Source: Cenarchaeum sp.
GTDB taxonomy: Archaea > Thermoproteota > Nitrososphaeria > Nitrososphaerales > Nitrosopumilaceae
DNA length: 64,000 nucleotides
Reading direction: 5' to 3'
NCBI GenBank assembly: GCA_965242695.1
Contig: CBDESU010000002.1
Location: 256,001-320,000 of the forward strand
The notes under the pieces were generated by a model that saw only the letters and a list, made by a program, of their open reading frames with translations, was not told the DNA's origin and ran no database searches. Below, in pieces: positions 40,404 to 50,360 of this stretch (position 1 is the first letter of the stretch; each line of letters starts with the position of its first letter). Made by a program: the position numbers and the translations under genes.

Positions 40404-40505
40404 GTGGCTGTAGGGAGACGGTGCGGAGGGGTCAGCACGCAGTGCACAGGTACACCATGCACGCGCCGATCAGGAGTGGCTGTAGGGAGACGGTGCGGAG
40501 GGGTC
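40404..40505. repeat. 30-bp perfect direct repeat x2 (72-bp period)
   Basis: gtggctgtagggagacggtgcggaggggtc at 40404-40433 and 40476-40505. Confidence 0.85.
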
Positions 40506-40891
40506 TGCATGGATGCCCGGAGGCCGAGGCGGTCCCCAAGGATGCGGACAGGATCACCGCCGGGCATGTGGGGCATTGGCAGGTGCATGCCGTCGCAGGT
40601 CGGGAAGGCCATGCATGGACGGCGGTGATGGCCCATATAAGGGCGACAGGTTAGGAGATGGGAGGGCTCGGCAGGGCACCCACCAATACGGCAGGCTTGG
40701 GCCTAGCGAACTCTATGCCGCGTGCCGTGCCAGTGGGTACGGCGGTGGAGGATGACCGTACGACCTTGGCACACGAAGGCGGTGATACGGAACAGCACCT
40801 TCACCACCATGCCAATCTCGCCTCACTCGCCCCCGCCCCGGTTTTTTCATAGGTGCACGCCGCATCGCAGGGCGCTTCGTAGGTGGGGGCA

Positions 40892-41066
40892 TCAGCCACT
40901 CTGTGCCCCCCCCCCCCCCGCAAAGACGACGTCGTGCGGCGGCTCGATGGAGCGCAGGACTGCGTCGTGGTAGGTGCGATCTAGTGCCTTGAGGCGAGAC
41001 GTGTGGACATATTCGCCGCCGCCGAGCCTGTGGCTCTGGTGGACGACGACAATCTTCACAACCATG
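40892..41066 (-). pseudogene. N-terminal fragment of a GT4 glycosyltransferase ending at a G14 tract
   Basis: VKIVVVHQSHRLGGGEYVHTSRLKALDRTYHDAVLRSIEPP aligns with MKVGVIERYFMSSGGAERVTLSMLRMLAGTDHETVLYTLKPP of the 34451-35599 gene. Confidence 0.6.
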
Positions 41067-41316
41067 CCTTGAGGCGAGGGTCTATGACTTCCATGTCGCG
41101 GCCGGCGCCACCTCGTCGACCGTATGCTGGCCTCAGCAGGCTGCAATGCCACCACGGCTAGCCTTTGTAATGCAACCGTGCTCCCGATAGGCGGCAATGC
41201 CCCTGCCGCCATGCAACGGGTTTGGTACGCAACTCTATCCAGCACGCGCCAGTGCCTCCACGAGTGCGGGGCAGGGGCAACCAATGCTAATATACGCTCG
41301 GCAGGCCCCGCCGCGC

Positions 41317-42126
41317 GTGCTTGACAACGGCAAGTGGGACTACCCAAAGGTGGTCCTGTACTGCCAGATCGGCAAGGCCACGGACATGCTAGACTTCTCC
41401 TTGGGCCAGGCCGTCGCCAACGCGGGGATGCCCAAGGAGGACTATGACATCGTATTCGTGTGCTGGCGCACCTCGGAAGAGGTCTACGACTACCTCAGGG
41501 CGAGGAACTACAAGTACGTCGACATGGAGCACGACGCCGACAAGGACTTTTTGTGGAACCTGTACAAGGGCTGGAACTTTGGGTACGAGATTGGGTACAG
41601 ACATGCCGACTACGTGTGCCCCATCGCCACCGACCACGCCTTCTATAGGGACTGGCTCAAGAACCTCTACTCCTGGGCCGCCCCCAACCGCATCGTCAAC
41701 TGCAGGCTCATTGAGCCCGGCACGCTGCCGTCCCTGCACACAACCAGGAACCTCGGCCTCACCCTGCCCGACGAGTTCGACGCGGCGGGGTTCGAGGAGC
41801 TAGCCTCCGAGGTGCACAGGGACGAGATGGCCACCGACGAGGCCGCCTACGGGCACCGCTTTGATGCGATGCCGTTCGTCTGCCCGCGCGACGTATGGGA
41901 CAGGTTCGGCCCGATGCGGCCGACGCTCACCGACGACGGCATCACTGGCGACACGGACTTTTTCGACCGCTGCCGCGCAGGCGGCGTCGAGATTACAAAG
42001 GCCCTCAACGCGATCAGCTACCACTGCGGAGGGCTTGAGACGAGGCGGAACGAGCCAGAGGCCGCCGCCCCGCCCCCACGCGCCGGCGCGGCCCAGAAGC
42101 TGCTAGGGAGGCTGAAGAGGCGTTGA
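41317..42126 (+). CDS. GT-A-fold glycosyltransferase-like protein
   Basis: First gene of an overlapping operon. YKGWN.G, TDHAF..DWLKNL, RLIEPG and GDTDFF parallel the C-terminal domain of the 44406 gene. GTG start inferred from TAATATA at ~41288. Confidence 0.65.
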   Translation: MLDNGKWDYPKVVLYCQIGKATDMLDFSLGQAVANAGMPKEDYDIVFVCWRTSEEVYDYLRARNYKYVDMEHDADKDFLWNLYKGWNFGYEIGYRHADYVCPIATDHAFYRDWLKNLYSWAAPNRIVNCRLIEPGTLPSLHTTRNLGLTLPDEFDAAGFEELASEVHRDEMATDEAAYGHRFDAMPFVCPRDVWDRFGPMRPTLTDDGITGDTDFFDRCRAGGVEITKALNAISYHCGGLETRRNEPEAAAPPPRAGAAQKLLGRLKRR

Positions 42127-42914
42127 GGATAGGAATAGTCGGCGTCGGCACCGTGGGATCGGCCGTCCAGTTCGGGCTAGAGAAGAAAAGGGGGCACGAT
42201 GTCGCCGTGCATGACGTCAAAATGCAGGGGACAAGCCTAGAGCAGGTGTACGATTCCTCGGACATGATATTCGTGTGCGTCGGCACGCCGCAGAACCCCG
42301 ACGGAACGTGCGACACGTCTGCCGTCGAGCAGGTCTGCACCTCGATCGAGGCGATGGCCAGGGAGAGGGGCGAGACAAAGGACGTCGTGGTAAAGTCGAC
42401 CGTCATACCGGGCACCGTCTCCAAGCTCGAAAAGGCCTGCCCGTCGCTCAGGCTAGCCATGAACCCCGAGTTTTTGCTCGAGCGCGCCGCGGTGCAGAAC
42501 TTTTGCGACCAGGACGTGTGCGTCGTGGGGACAGACCACGACGACCTGTACGGCCGGATCGTCGAGGCCCACGGCAACCTGGCAAGGGAGTACGTCCGCA
42601 CCACGCCGGTCAACGCCGAGACCGTCAAGTACTTTCTGAACGTGTTCAACTCTACGCGGATCATATTTGCAAACCTCTTCTACGAGGTGTGCGGCAAGGT
42701 CGGCGCCGACTACGACGAGGTCAAGGGCCTGGCAGTCAGGCGCGACAACATGATCGACTCGTACCTAGACTGCAACAAGAACCTTCGCGGGTTCGGCGGG
42801 GCGTGCTTGCCGAAGGACACGGAGGCGCTGTTTGCGCTCGCATCGAGGGAGGGCGTGCAGTACGACTTCCTGAAGGGCGTGCTGGCTGACAACAGGAGGA
42901 TCGGCGATGTCTGA
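42123..42914 (+). CDS. UDP-glucose/GDP-mannose dehydrogenase family (short form)
   Basis: GIVGVGTVG, CVGTP, KSTVIPG, NPEFL.E, GFGGACLPKD. Ends shortly after the catalytic Cys motif. Confidence 0.9.
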   Translation: MRIGIVGVGTVGSAVQFGLEKKRGHDVAVHDVKMQGTSLEQVYDSSDMIFVCVGTPQNPDGTCDTSAVEQVCTSIEAMARERGETKDVVVKSTVIPGTVSKLEKACPSLRLAMNPEFLLERAAVQNFCDQDVCVVGTDHDDLYGRIVEAHGNLAREYVRTTPVNAETVKYFLNVFNSTRIIFANLFYEVCGKVGADYDEVKGLAVRRDNMIDSYLDCNKNLRGFGGACLPKDTEALFALASREGVQYDFLKGVLADNRRIGDV

Positions 42915-43962
42915 CGGCGGCAGGACGGCGCTCGTCACCGGATCGCAGGGGTTCATCGGCTCGTACCTGTGCGCCGAGCTGCTCGGGAAGGGGTACTCGG
43001 TCGTCGGCATCGACGACTACTCAAAGTACGGCCCGCTCGTGCGCCCGCACGACTCGCACCCGTCGTTCAGGCTGGTCAGGGCAGACTGCTCGTCGGACAG
43101 GTTTCGCGAGAGCTTCCTGGAGGGAGAAGAGGCGGGCACGCGGTTCAACTACGTGGTCGCCGGCGCCGCCATGATCGGCGGCATCTCCTACTTTCACAAG
43201 TACGCGTACGACCTGCTGGCCAAGAACGAGCGCATACAGGCCAACACGTTCGACATCGCCATCGACAGGCACAAGAGGGGGATGCTCGACCGAATCGTCG
43301 TCGTCAGCTCCAGCATGGCGTTCGAGAACGCCGCCGTGTGGCCTACCCCCGAGGGGCACCAGCGCGAGTGCCCGCCGCCGTCCTCCACGTACGGCTTCCA
43401 AAAACTCGCGTCCGAGTACTTTGCGCGCGGCGCGCTCGAGCAGCACGGCCTGCCCTACACGATCGTACGGCCGTTCAACTGCATAGGGGTAGGCGAGGAC
43501 AGGGCGTTAGGCGAGGAAGAGGTCATGTCGGGCAACGTAAGGCTGCTCATGTCCCATGTGGTGCCCGACCTGGTCAACAAGTGCCTGCTCGGGCAGGATC
43601 CGCTGCACATACTGGGTTCGGGCTGGCAGGTGAGGCACTACACCAACGGGAGGGACATCGCAAGGGGCATCCGGATGGCAGCCGAGTCGCCCGGCGCCGT
43701 AAACGAGGACTTTAACATATCGACGGGGGCAAGCACGACCGTGATGGAGCTGGCCCGGATGATATGGGAGAGGATCAACCCGGACAGGCCGTTCCGCACG
43801 GTCTCGGATCCTCCGTACGAGCACGACGTGCAGAGGCGTGTGCCCGACGTGGAAAAGGCCAGGCGCGTGCTCGGCTTCGAGGCAGAGATCGGGCTGGACG
43901 AGAGCCTTGGTGAGGTGATCTCGTGGCTGCGCGCCAGGATGCCGGAGGCGAGGGCCAGGTGA
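42907..43962 (+). CDS. NAD-dependent nucleotide-sugar epimerase/dehydratase
   Basis: VTGSQGFIG, SSS, YGFQK (YxxxK), RPFN. Confidence 0.92.
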   Translation: MSDGGRTALVTGSQGFIGSYLCAELLGKGYSVVGIDDYSKYGPLVRPHDSHPSFRLVRADCSSDRFRESFLEGEEAGTRFNYVVAGAAMIGGISYFHKYAYDLLAKNERIQANTFDIAIDRHKRGMLDRIVVVSSSMAFENAAVWPTPEGHQRECPPPSSTYGFQKLASEYFARGALEQHGLPYTIVRPFNCIGVGEDRALGEEEVMSGNVRLLMSHVVPDLVNKCLLGQDPLHILGSGWQVRHYTNGRDIARGIRMAAESPGAVNEDFNISTGASTTVMELARMIWERINPDRPFRTVSDPPYEHDVQRRVPDVEKARRVLGFEAEIGLDESLGEVISWLRARMPEARAR

Positions 43963-44387
43963 GCGAGGGATGCGAGGGCCAGGCCGCGGACGGCCGCGCA
44001 CCGGCAGCGGCGGCGGGCAGGGATGCCAAGGTGTTTGCCGAATATGGCCCCCCCATGGACGAGGTCGCCGAGTTTGTCAACTCGTGCAACTCGTTCTCCG
44101 AGCTCGTGGACCGGCTGTGCATCGAAAACGTGCGGCTGTGGCACATACTCGACGACACGGCCGAGCTCAAGCGCGAGCTGGAGGAGGCCGAGGCGGGCGG
44201 CGACGGGGCCAGGCGCACCGAGATACTCGAGAGGATTGCAAAGAAGTCGTTCGAGAACATAGAGACAGTGAAGAGGAGGTCGGCCTTCAAGAGGGCCATC
44301 GACGAGTCGCTCAAGCACAACGTTGGGCGGATGGTGCGCGGCGGCGACCCAAGCGTGTGCATCGAAAGCAAGAGCTACGGCAGGTGA
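43959..44387 (+). CDS. Small helical protein, DUF4254-like
   Basis: ELVDRLCIENVRLWHILD...R....AID; GTGA overlap with the epimerase stop. Confidence 0.55.
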   Translation: MSEGCEGQAADGRAPAAAAGRDAKVFAEYGPPMDEVAEFVNSCNSFSELVDRLCIENVRLWHILDDTAELKRELEEAEAGGDGARRTEILERIAKKSFENIETVKRRSAFKRAIDESLKHNVGRMVRGGDPSVCIESKSYGR

Positions 44388-44405
44388 CCGGCGGAGGCAT
44401 TCCGC

Positions 44406-46634
44406 CTACTCGTCCTTTTCGCCCTCCTGCACATGGTACACGATGCTGTCGAACGCCGTGACGTGGGACACGCCCATCGACTTCAGCGTCTCGTAGAAGT
44501 ATATGGCATCGCCAGAGGTCGTCGAGCCGTCCGGCTCGGTCCTGTTCCCTATGGGATAGCCGCCGCTGCGCCGGAACGTGTCGGCGTATATGGCGCACGG
44601 CATGAACAGGCCGCCCTGCTTGGCCTTGTCCTCGGAGATACGGCTGGCAAACTCTTGGAACGCCTCGTCGTCGAAATTCGAGTGCGTCGTGCCAAAGTCC
44701 CTCTCGATCCCGTACTTGCCAGAGCTCATCTTTCCCGACTCTACTAGGCGGGACGTGACGATCGTCTTCTCGTCTAGGCGCCTGAGCAGGTTGTCGAGCC
44801 ACCCCGGCGTAAAGGCCATGTCAGAGTTGACGAACACTAGGACGTCGCCGCCGGCTGCCATGCCGCCGTGGTTCCACGCGCGGTACACGCGGCTCATGTA
44901 GTGCTCGTCGGGGTCGGGGCTGCGGAATACGGTGTGCCTCATGCCCGAGGAGCGCAGGAACTCGAGGAGCCGGTCGGTCGGGTCGTTGGCCACGAACGTA
45001 AACTCGACGTTGCCGTACCTTGCGCCGCGGCCCCTGCCGGTGTGGCGCTCGAACGAGTCGTGCACGAACCTGGCGTAGGCGGGGGACTTGTATACGAGGC
45101 AGACTACCGAGACGCTCAGGGCCGACGGGGGGAACCAGTCCCGCGAGAACGGCTCCGTTTGCAGCGTCGACTCGTCCCTTATGCGCTCGAGCATGCGGCC
45201 CGCCTGCCCGTGCCGCTTGTAGTTTTCGTACTTTTGCGAGATGGAAGTTCCCGTGGAGAACCCGTAGTGGATCACCCTCGTGGTGGCAAGCTTGGACCTG
45301 CCGAGGCCGGCGGGAGACTGCTGGTGATGCAGGCCCTCGCGCACGTCGAATGCAAGGCGGCCGGTGTTTCTCCACAGCTTGGTCTGCCAGGCCTTGAACC
45401 ACAGCTCGTCCGTCCTGTACCTGTCCAGGGACTTCCACAGGTTGTAGTACCTGAACCGGAATGCATCGATTCCCTTTTGGTCACCGTGCCTGCACAGGGA
45501 CCGTATGTCGCCTAGCTCGCCGGAGCGGTCGAAGACCTCGTCGGCGTCGAGCCAGACTAGCCAGTCGGGGTCGAGGCGCAGCGCGGCCTCGAGCATCTGC
45601 TGCTTGACGTACAGCTCGCGCCTAAAGTCGTCGGGGGCCGTCATGATGTTGGAGGTGAAGCGCTCGGCGATCCGGAGCGAGTCGTCGGTCGAGCCGTTGT
45701 CGCATGCCAGTATGTCGTCGCAGAAGCGGACCATGTGGCGCAGGCACCGCTCCAGGTTGCCGCTCTCGCTCCCCTCGTTGCGGAACTTTACGAATCCGAC
45801 CAGGCGAACGCCGTCGTTCCTGCCGCCGTTGCACAGGCGGGACGCGTCCACTATGGGCGGGTCGCGCCAGTCCCTGTACGAGAGGATCGCCCGACGCGCG
45901 ATGCGGCGGGGAAGAGATCGGCGGATCGGCGTCGCGGAGGGGGCGGGCGGGGCAGGGGCGGGCGGCTCAGGCATGCGAACCGCCTCCCCCCCCCCCGGCC
46001 GCGGAGCTGGCGGCCGCGTTTTTGACGCAATGAACTGGTTCTTGATCTCTAGGACGCGATACCCCCTGCTGCGAAATTCGCCCGGTTCCCAGCCGCACAG
46101 ATGCCTTTCCAACTTGCTGTGGTGCAGTCTGACGTTGTACTCGGCGTCGACGAATCCGACTGGCGTGGCGATGACCAGCAGGCGGCCGTACATGCCTTCC
46201 AGCGTGGCCAGCAGGCGCCGGCCGTCGTCCTTTGGCAAGTGCTCTATGACATGGTGGCATATGACGACGTCAAAGCGGCGGCCGAGCACTCGCACGTCCC
46301 TTGCGTCCATGATCCTGTAGTCCCCCGGGGGCCCGTTCTTCTCCCTCCACTTCACGCATGGTGGGAATGCATCTATTCCTGTCACCTCGTATTCGCCGCC
46401 GCGGCATATCTCGTGCAGTATGTCCTCGGTCATTGGATTGCCATCGTGCAACATGCCGCAGCCGACATCTAGTATGCTGTGCGCATCTGGAGGGATCAGG
46501 CCTGTGATGTGCGGTATGTTGTCGCTGTTCTTGGCGGCATCAACGGGGCTGGGCGGCGCCGCAGGCAGGGCCCCGGCCTCCCACCGTCCAAGGCGCCCCG
46601 CCGCTCGCCGCACGGCGGCGGCAAGAGACGTCAT
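44406..46634 (-). CDS. Class I SAM methyltransferase joined to a two-domain GT-A protein (probably two genes joined through a G11 tract)
   Basis: ILDVGCG and HVIEHL in the N-terminal part; DNGSTDDS, LDADE and NSDMAF downstream; internal ATG at 45974. Confidence 0.75.
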   Translation of the reverse strand: MTSLAAAVRRAAGRLGRWEAGALPAAPPSPVDAAKNSDNIPHITGLIPPDAHSILDVGCGMLHDGNPMTEDILHEICRGGEYEVTGIDAFPPCVKWREKNGPPGDYRIMDARDVRVLGRRFDVVICHHVIEHLPKDDGRRLLATLEGMYGRLLVIATPVGFVDAEYNVRLHHSKLERHLCGWEPGEFRSRGYRVLEIKNQFIASKTRPPAPRPGGGEAVRMPEPPAPAPPAPSATPIRRSLPRRIARRAILSYRDWRDPPIVDASRLCNGGRNDGVRLVGFVKFRNEGSESGNLERCLRHMVRFCDDILACDNGSTDDSLRIAERFTSNIMTAPDDFRRELYVKQQMLEAALRLDPDWLVWLDADEVFDRSGELGDIRSLCRHGDQKGIDAFRFRYYNLWKSLDRYRTDELWFKAWQTKLWRNTGRLAFDVREGLHHQQSPAGLGRSKLATTRVIHYGFSTGTSISQKYENYKRHGQAGRMLERIRDESTLQTEPFSRDWFPPSALSVSVVCLVYKSPAYARFVHDSFERHTGRGRGARYGNVEFTFVANDPTDRLLEFLRSSGMRHTVFRSPDPDEHYMSRVYRAWNHGGMAAGGDVLVFVNSDMAFTPGWLDNLLRRLDEKTIVTSRLVESGKMSSGKYGIERDFGTTHSNFDDEAFQEFASRISEDKAKQGGLFMPCAIYADTFRRSGGYPIGNRTEPDGSTTSGDAIYFYETLKSMGVSHVTAFDSIVYHVQEGEKDE

Positions 46635-46979
46635 TGTAGATCCGATCCCAGCTGCGCCGGGACGGCCTGGTGTCGCATGGAAGGGAGCAGAAGAGAGGAG
46701 GCGGCGGCCAACCAAGGAGCGGCGCTACGGGGTCCTAGACGGGACGGATTTGCGCGTAGGCGCGATCCCGTAGTCACAGTTCGCTGCGGCCTCACGCGCC
46801 GCGCGTCGCACCAGTGCCTTATTGGTGTTATCTGCGCGGGCGCGGGCGGTGGAAGTGGGACATCGGCGGACGGGGGCAGGCGGCCCGGAGCGCCGCCGGC
46901 GATGGCCGCCTGTGCGGCGGCGACCGGCACACCTGCGCCTCTCCCGCACATAAATACGGGCGCGGCACGGGCTGCCGCA

Positions 46980-47705
46980 ATGAAGGCGGTCAGGGCAGGC
47001 CTCGCGTGGGCCAAGATGCGGAGCAGGGGCCGTGGCGGTGGGCATCACGGCGCGGCGGACGAACCGCGGGAGCGCTTTGACTATGCGTACTCGGCAGATA
47101 CGGCCATGGGATCGGCGTGGGCGGCCCACTACGTCATGTACGCAGAGCTTGCAAGGCATGCCCTGGCGGAGGCGCCGACGATGGACCTCTGCTGCGGGTC
47201 GGGGCCGGGGACGAGGTACCTGCGCGGCGAGCTTGGATCCGATATCGTCGGCGTGGACTACTCGGAAGATGCGTTGCGGTACGCCAGGGACAACAACATG
47301 GCGGACGGGATAGAGTTCGTCAGGATCGATCTCCGTAGCGAGTTGCACGCCCTGCGCGGGCTCGCTAGGCGGAGGAGCATCCGGCAGGTGTTCTTTGTCG
47401 AGGGAATGGAGCACGTGACAAACCACCTAGAGATCATCGACGCCCTGTTCGGGGAGGGTATTGAAAAGGTGCTGGTGTCGACGCCTAGGGAGAGGGAGGG
47501 AGCTGCCCCGGCGGACTGGCATGTCAACCCGATCACCCCGAGGAGAATGGGGGAGCTGGAGGAGAGGTACGTGCTGGAGATGTACGGATACTGCAGGTTT
47601 GTCGACTGCGCGCGGTCGGCAGGGAGGGATCCGGCAGAGTACGTGACGGACAAGGTGGAAGAGGGAGTCAACTACGTCTTTAGCCTAGGCCCGAACCGCA
47701 GCTAG
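46980..47705 (+). CDS. Class I SAM-dependent methyltransferase
   Basis: MDLCCGSGPG, VGVDYS, EGMEHV. ATG at 46980 after ATAAATA (46950-46956). Confidence 0.85.
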   Translation: MKAVRAGLAWAKMRSRGRGGGHHGAADEPRERFDYAYSADTAMGSAWAAHYVMYAELARHALAEAPTMDLCCGSGPGTRYLRGELGSDIVGVDYSEDALRYARDNNMADGIEFVRIDLRSELHALRGLARRRSIRQVFFVEGMEHVTNHLEIIDALFGEGIEKVLVSTPREREGAAPADWHVNPITPRRMGELEERYVLEMYGYCRFVDCARSAGRDPAEYVTDKVEEGVNYVFSLGPNRS

Positions 47706-48274
47706 GCTCGGGCGACGTCGGTGTTCCACGGGTTTTTTGCCCGAGGCCCGGCCAGCAGGGGCCTAGAATGGTGCGGCAAAGGATGGCGCCCCGCCAAGCG
47801 ACTGCCAGAGGCGCGGAGGTTGCGCCAGCTTCGGCCAAGGCCCGCCCTGCGCCATACCGCCGGCCTGCTCAAGGCGGGTTTTGCCGGTAGGGCCGGTGCG
47901 CGGCCCTGCCACCGTCCTGCTCCGCATCCAAGCGATCGCATCGGTACTGCCCGGCCCCGCCTTTCCGATCCAGCCACGCAGCTCGCCGCATCGCCACTGC
48001 CTCCGCCCGGTCAGATGCGTCACGCCGGCAGCCGACGTCCGGCCTAGGCAACAGAATGCGCTGCGAGTTCGCGGATCAGCCCGAGGTTGCAACGCGGAGC
48101 TCCTAGCACCGCAAGGGCCCATACCTGCGCCGGTCATGGCATCCGAGTGGCAAAACGGTGGAGCATGCAGGGCCCGTAGGCGCAGCGCGCTGAGCCCGAC
48201 GCGGCGCAGGCCGCCGCACGCCGTCGTCCACTAGCATGCGGGAGCCAGAGGGTGCGCAGCCCCGCGCCGCGGCG

Positions 48275-48871
48275 CTACTTCGGCTCTTCGGGGCCGAACC
48301 ATGCAGGGCCCGGGAACGGCCGCCGCACGCCCTCCTTGTCTAGCGAGCCCGACGCGGTCTCGCCTTCCATGTACCTATCTATGGCGGCGCGAATCTTTAC
48401 AAGCTCGGCCTTCAGCTCGGGATTCCTGGTCGTAGAGATCATCAGGTCCACCAGCGCGTGGTTGTACGTCTCCAGAAACACCTCCTTCGAGCGGGGCGTG
48501 AGCAGGTCGATGTACGGGTTGAGGTGCGTGAGCCTGCGCGTCTCGGTCTTTTGCTGCGTGCGGTTGTGGCGGTGGCCGACCAGGACGGACACGGGAACTA
48601 TGACGGACAGCGTGGCCAGCACGAACCAGTGCAGAGGGTAGTCCTTGAACCAGTCTGTCAGGCCGTGGAGGAGCAGTATAAAGTTGGCAAAGCCGAACAT
48701 GAACGCCATGTACGTGCCGTAGCCGACGCGCATCTCGAACCAGCGGCGGCCGGCCCACTCGGCGTCCAGGCCCGCTCGGCGGCTGGCACTGCCCCGGCCT
48801 GCGCCGCCGCGCGAAAAGATGCGCCGCCGGAGCCCGGGCCGCCGAGGGGTGCCGCCGCGCTTGGTGGGCAC
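48275..48871 (-). CDS. Two-TM membrane protein, tandem paralog B
   Basis: RRWFEMR.GYG.Y..F.FGF.NF.L.LHGLTDWFKDYPLHWF...HNRTQQKTE...LNPY, shared with the adjacent gene. Confidence 0.75.
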   Translation of the reverse strand: MPTKRGGTPRRPGLRRRIFSRGGAGRGSASRRAGLDAEWAGRRWFEMRVGYGTYMAFMFGFANFILLLHGLTDWFKDYPLHWFVLATLSVIVPVSVLVGHRHNRTQQKTETRRLTHLNPYIDLLTPRSKEVFLETYNHALVDLMISTTRNPELKAELVKIRAAIDRYMEGETASGSLDKEGVRRPFPGPAWFGPEEPK

Positions 48872-48874
48872 TGG

Positions 48875-49339
48875 CTACACCCCCTCCTTTTGAAGCGCAT
48901 CCATGGACGACTCTCCGTCCAGGATCTTCCTGCACACCCTTCCGAGCTTCTTGTTGCGCTCGGCCAGCTCGGGCTCGTCGCACCTTTCGGCCATCTCGAC
49001 CATCCATGCGGCCTGGGCAAGCAGTATGCGGTAGGCAAACTCCTCCTTCGAGTCTGGTATGATCACGTCGATGTACGGGTTGAGGTGCGTGAGGTTGCGC
49101 GCCTCGGTCTTTTGCTGCGTGCGGTTGTGGTGGTAGCCGACGGCAATGGCTACGGGGACGATGGCGCCTATCGCGGCCAGTGCGAACCAGTGCAGCGGGT
49201 AGTCCTTGAACCAGTCGGTCAGGCCGTGGAGGATGAGGACAAAGTTGCCGAACCCGAATATGAACCCCAGGTATATGCCGTAGCCGGCGCGCATCTCGAA
49301 CCAGCGGCGGCCTATCCACTCGCGGTCGGGTCGGTTCAT
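48875..49339 (-). CDS. Two-TM membrane protein, tandem paralog A
   Basis: ATG at 49339; core nearly identical to the 48275-48871 gene, C-terminal helix diverged. Confidence 0.75.
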   Translation of the reverse strand: MNRPDREWIGRRWFEMRAGYGIYLGFIFGFGNFVLILHGLTDWFKDYPLHWFALAAIGAIVPVAIAVGYHHNRTQQKTEARNLTHLNPYIDVIIPDSKEEFAYRILLAQAAWMVEMAERCDEPELAERNKKLGRVCRKILDGESSMDALQKEGV

Positions 49340-50360
49340 CGCGGGATACCTCCCGCTGCGGCACGGCGGCGCCTCATTGCAGCTTGACGGCCGCGGGGGC
49401 CGGCCGGATATACCTTGCGGGGGCCGGCGGGCCCAGTGTCCCCGCCCCCCGGGACGGGCGCGGGCGGGCTCGGGATGCGCCCGCGGCCCGCGCAGGGCGT
49501 GGGGACGGACGGGGCCGCGCAGGCGATCGCCGGCGCCAGGGCCGCATGCATGGGGATCATGCGCCCGCCCTCCCATACGCCTGCGGGCGCAGCCCGCGGT
49601 TCTGGCCGCATCGCGCGGCCGCGCAGCGCCATGCAGGGCGCCGCGCCGGATCCGATCGCCTTCCCGTGGGAGGAGGCCCCGGGCGGATGTGATCGCCGGA
49701 TCCGATCGCCTTCCCGGAGGTGGCTACCCCGACAGGGCGGGGCGCCGCCAGTGCCGGCGGCCAGCCCGCAGGGGCCGGATATGGCGGCGGCGGACCGCTG
49801 CCCCGCACTGCCGGGATCGATGCCCGTCCAGCCGCCGCTAGGGGGCACGCGGCGGGAACCCGCGCAGCGCCGGCAACGGACAGGGACGCCCCCGAGGGGC
49901 CGGCCGCCGCATCTTGCCCCCCTACGGGCAGGGCGGCCGCGCCCGGGCCTCTTTCCGGCCCGGCATCCGCCCTGCATCCGCCCGTCCCGGCGGCGCTGCC
50001 ACCGGGCGGAGCGATCGTGCCGGGCGGAGCGATCGTGCCGGGCGGAGCGGACGGCGTGCTGCGGCGCGGGCGGCGCGCCGGGCTGGACGACGGGGCGCAG
50101 CTGCGGCGCGGGCGGTGCCCGGGCAGGCGCCCTCCGCCCCCGCCACGTCCCCTGCATCCGCGCAACTCCACGCGCAGGCAAAAGACGAAGCGGCGTGGCC
50201 TTGCGCAGGGCTCGCAAGGCAGGTCCAGGGATGCGAGGCGTTGGGGCGCGGGAAGGCGGCGATGGTGGGGGAGCCGTGCAGCCCCGGAGGCACAAGGGGC
50301 GTGGCGGGTGCGGATCTCCGCCGGCCAGGCGGCCGACCTGTGCGAAAGCGGCGCGAGCTG

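Noticed and set aside
40404-40505. 30-bp repeat pair with a 42-nt gap as a CRISPR array
   Set aside because: Only two copies, no hairpin, no GAAA(C/G)/ATTGAA-type end, and no third copy at the same period.
47706-48270. Possible ncRNA or gene between convergent genes
   Set aside because: No recognisable tRNA, SRP or RNase P features and no credible ORF by eye.
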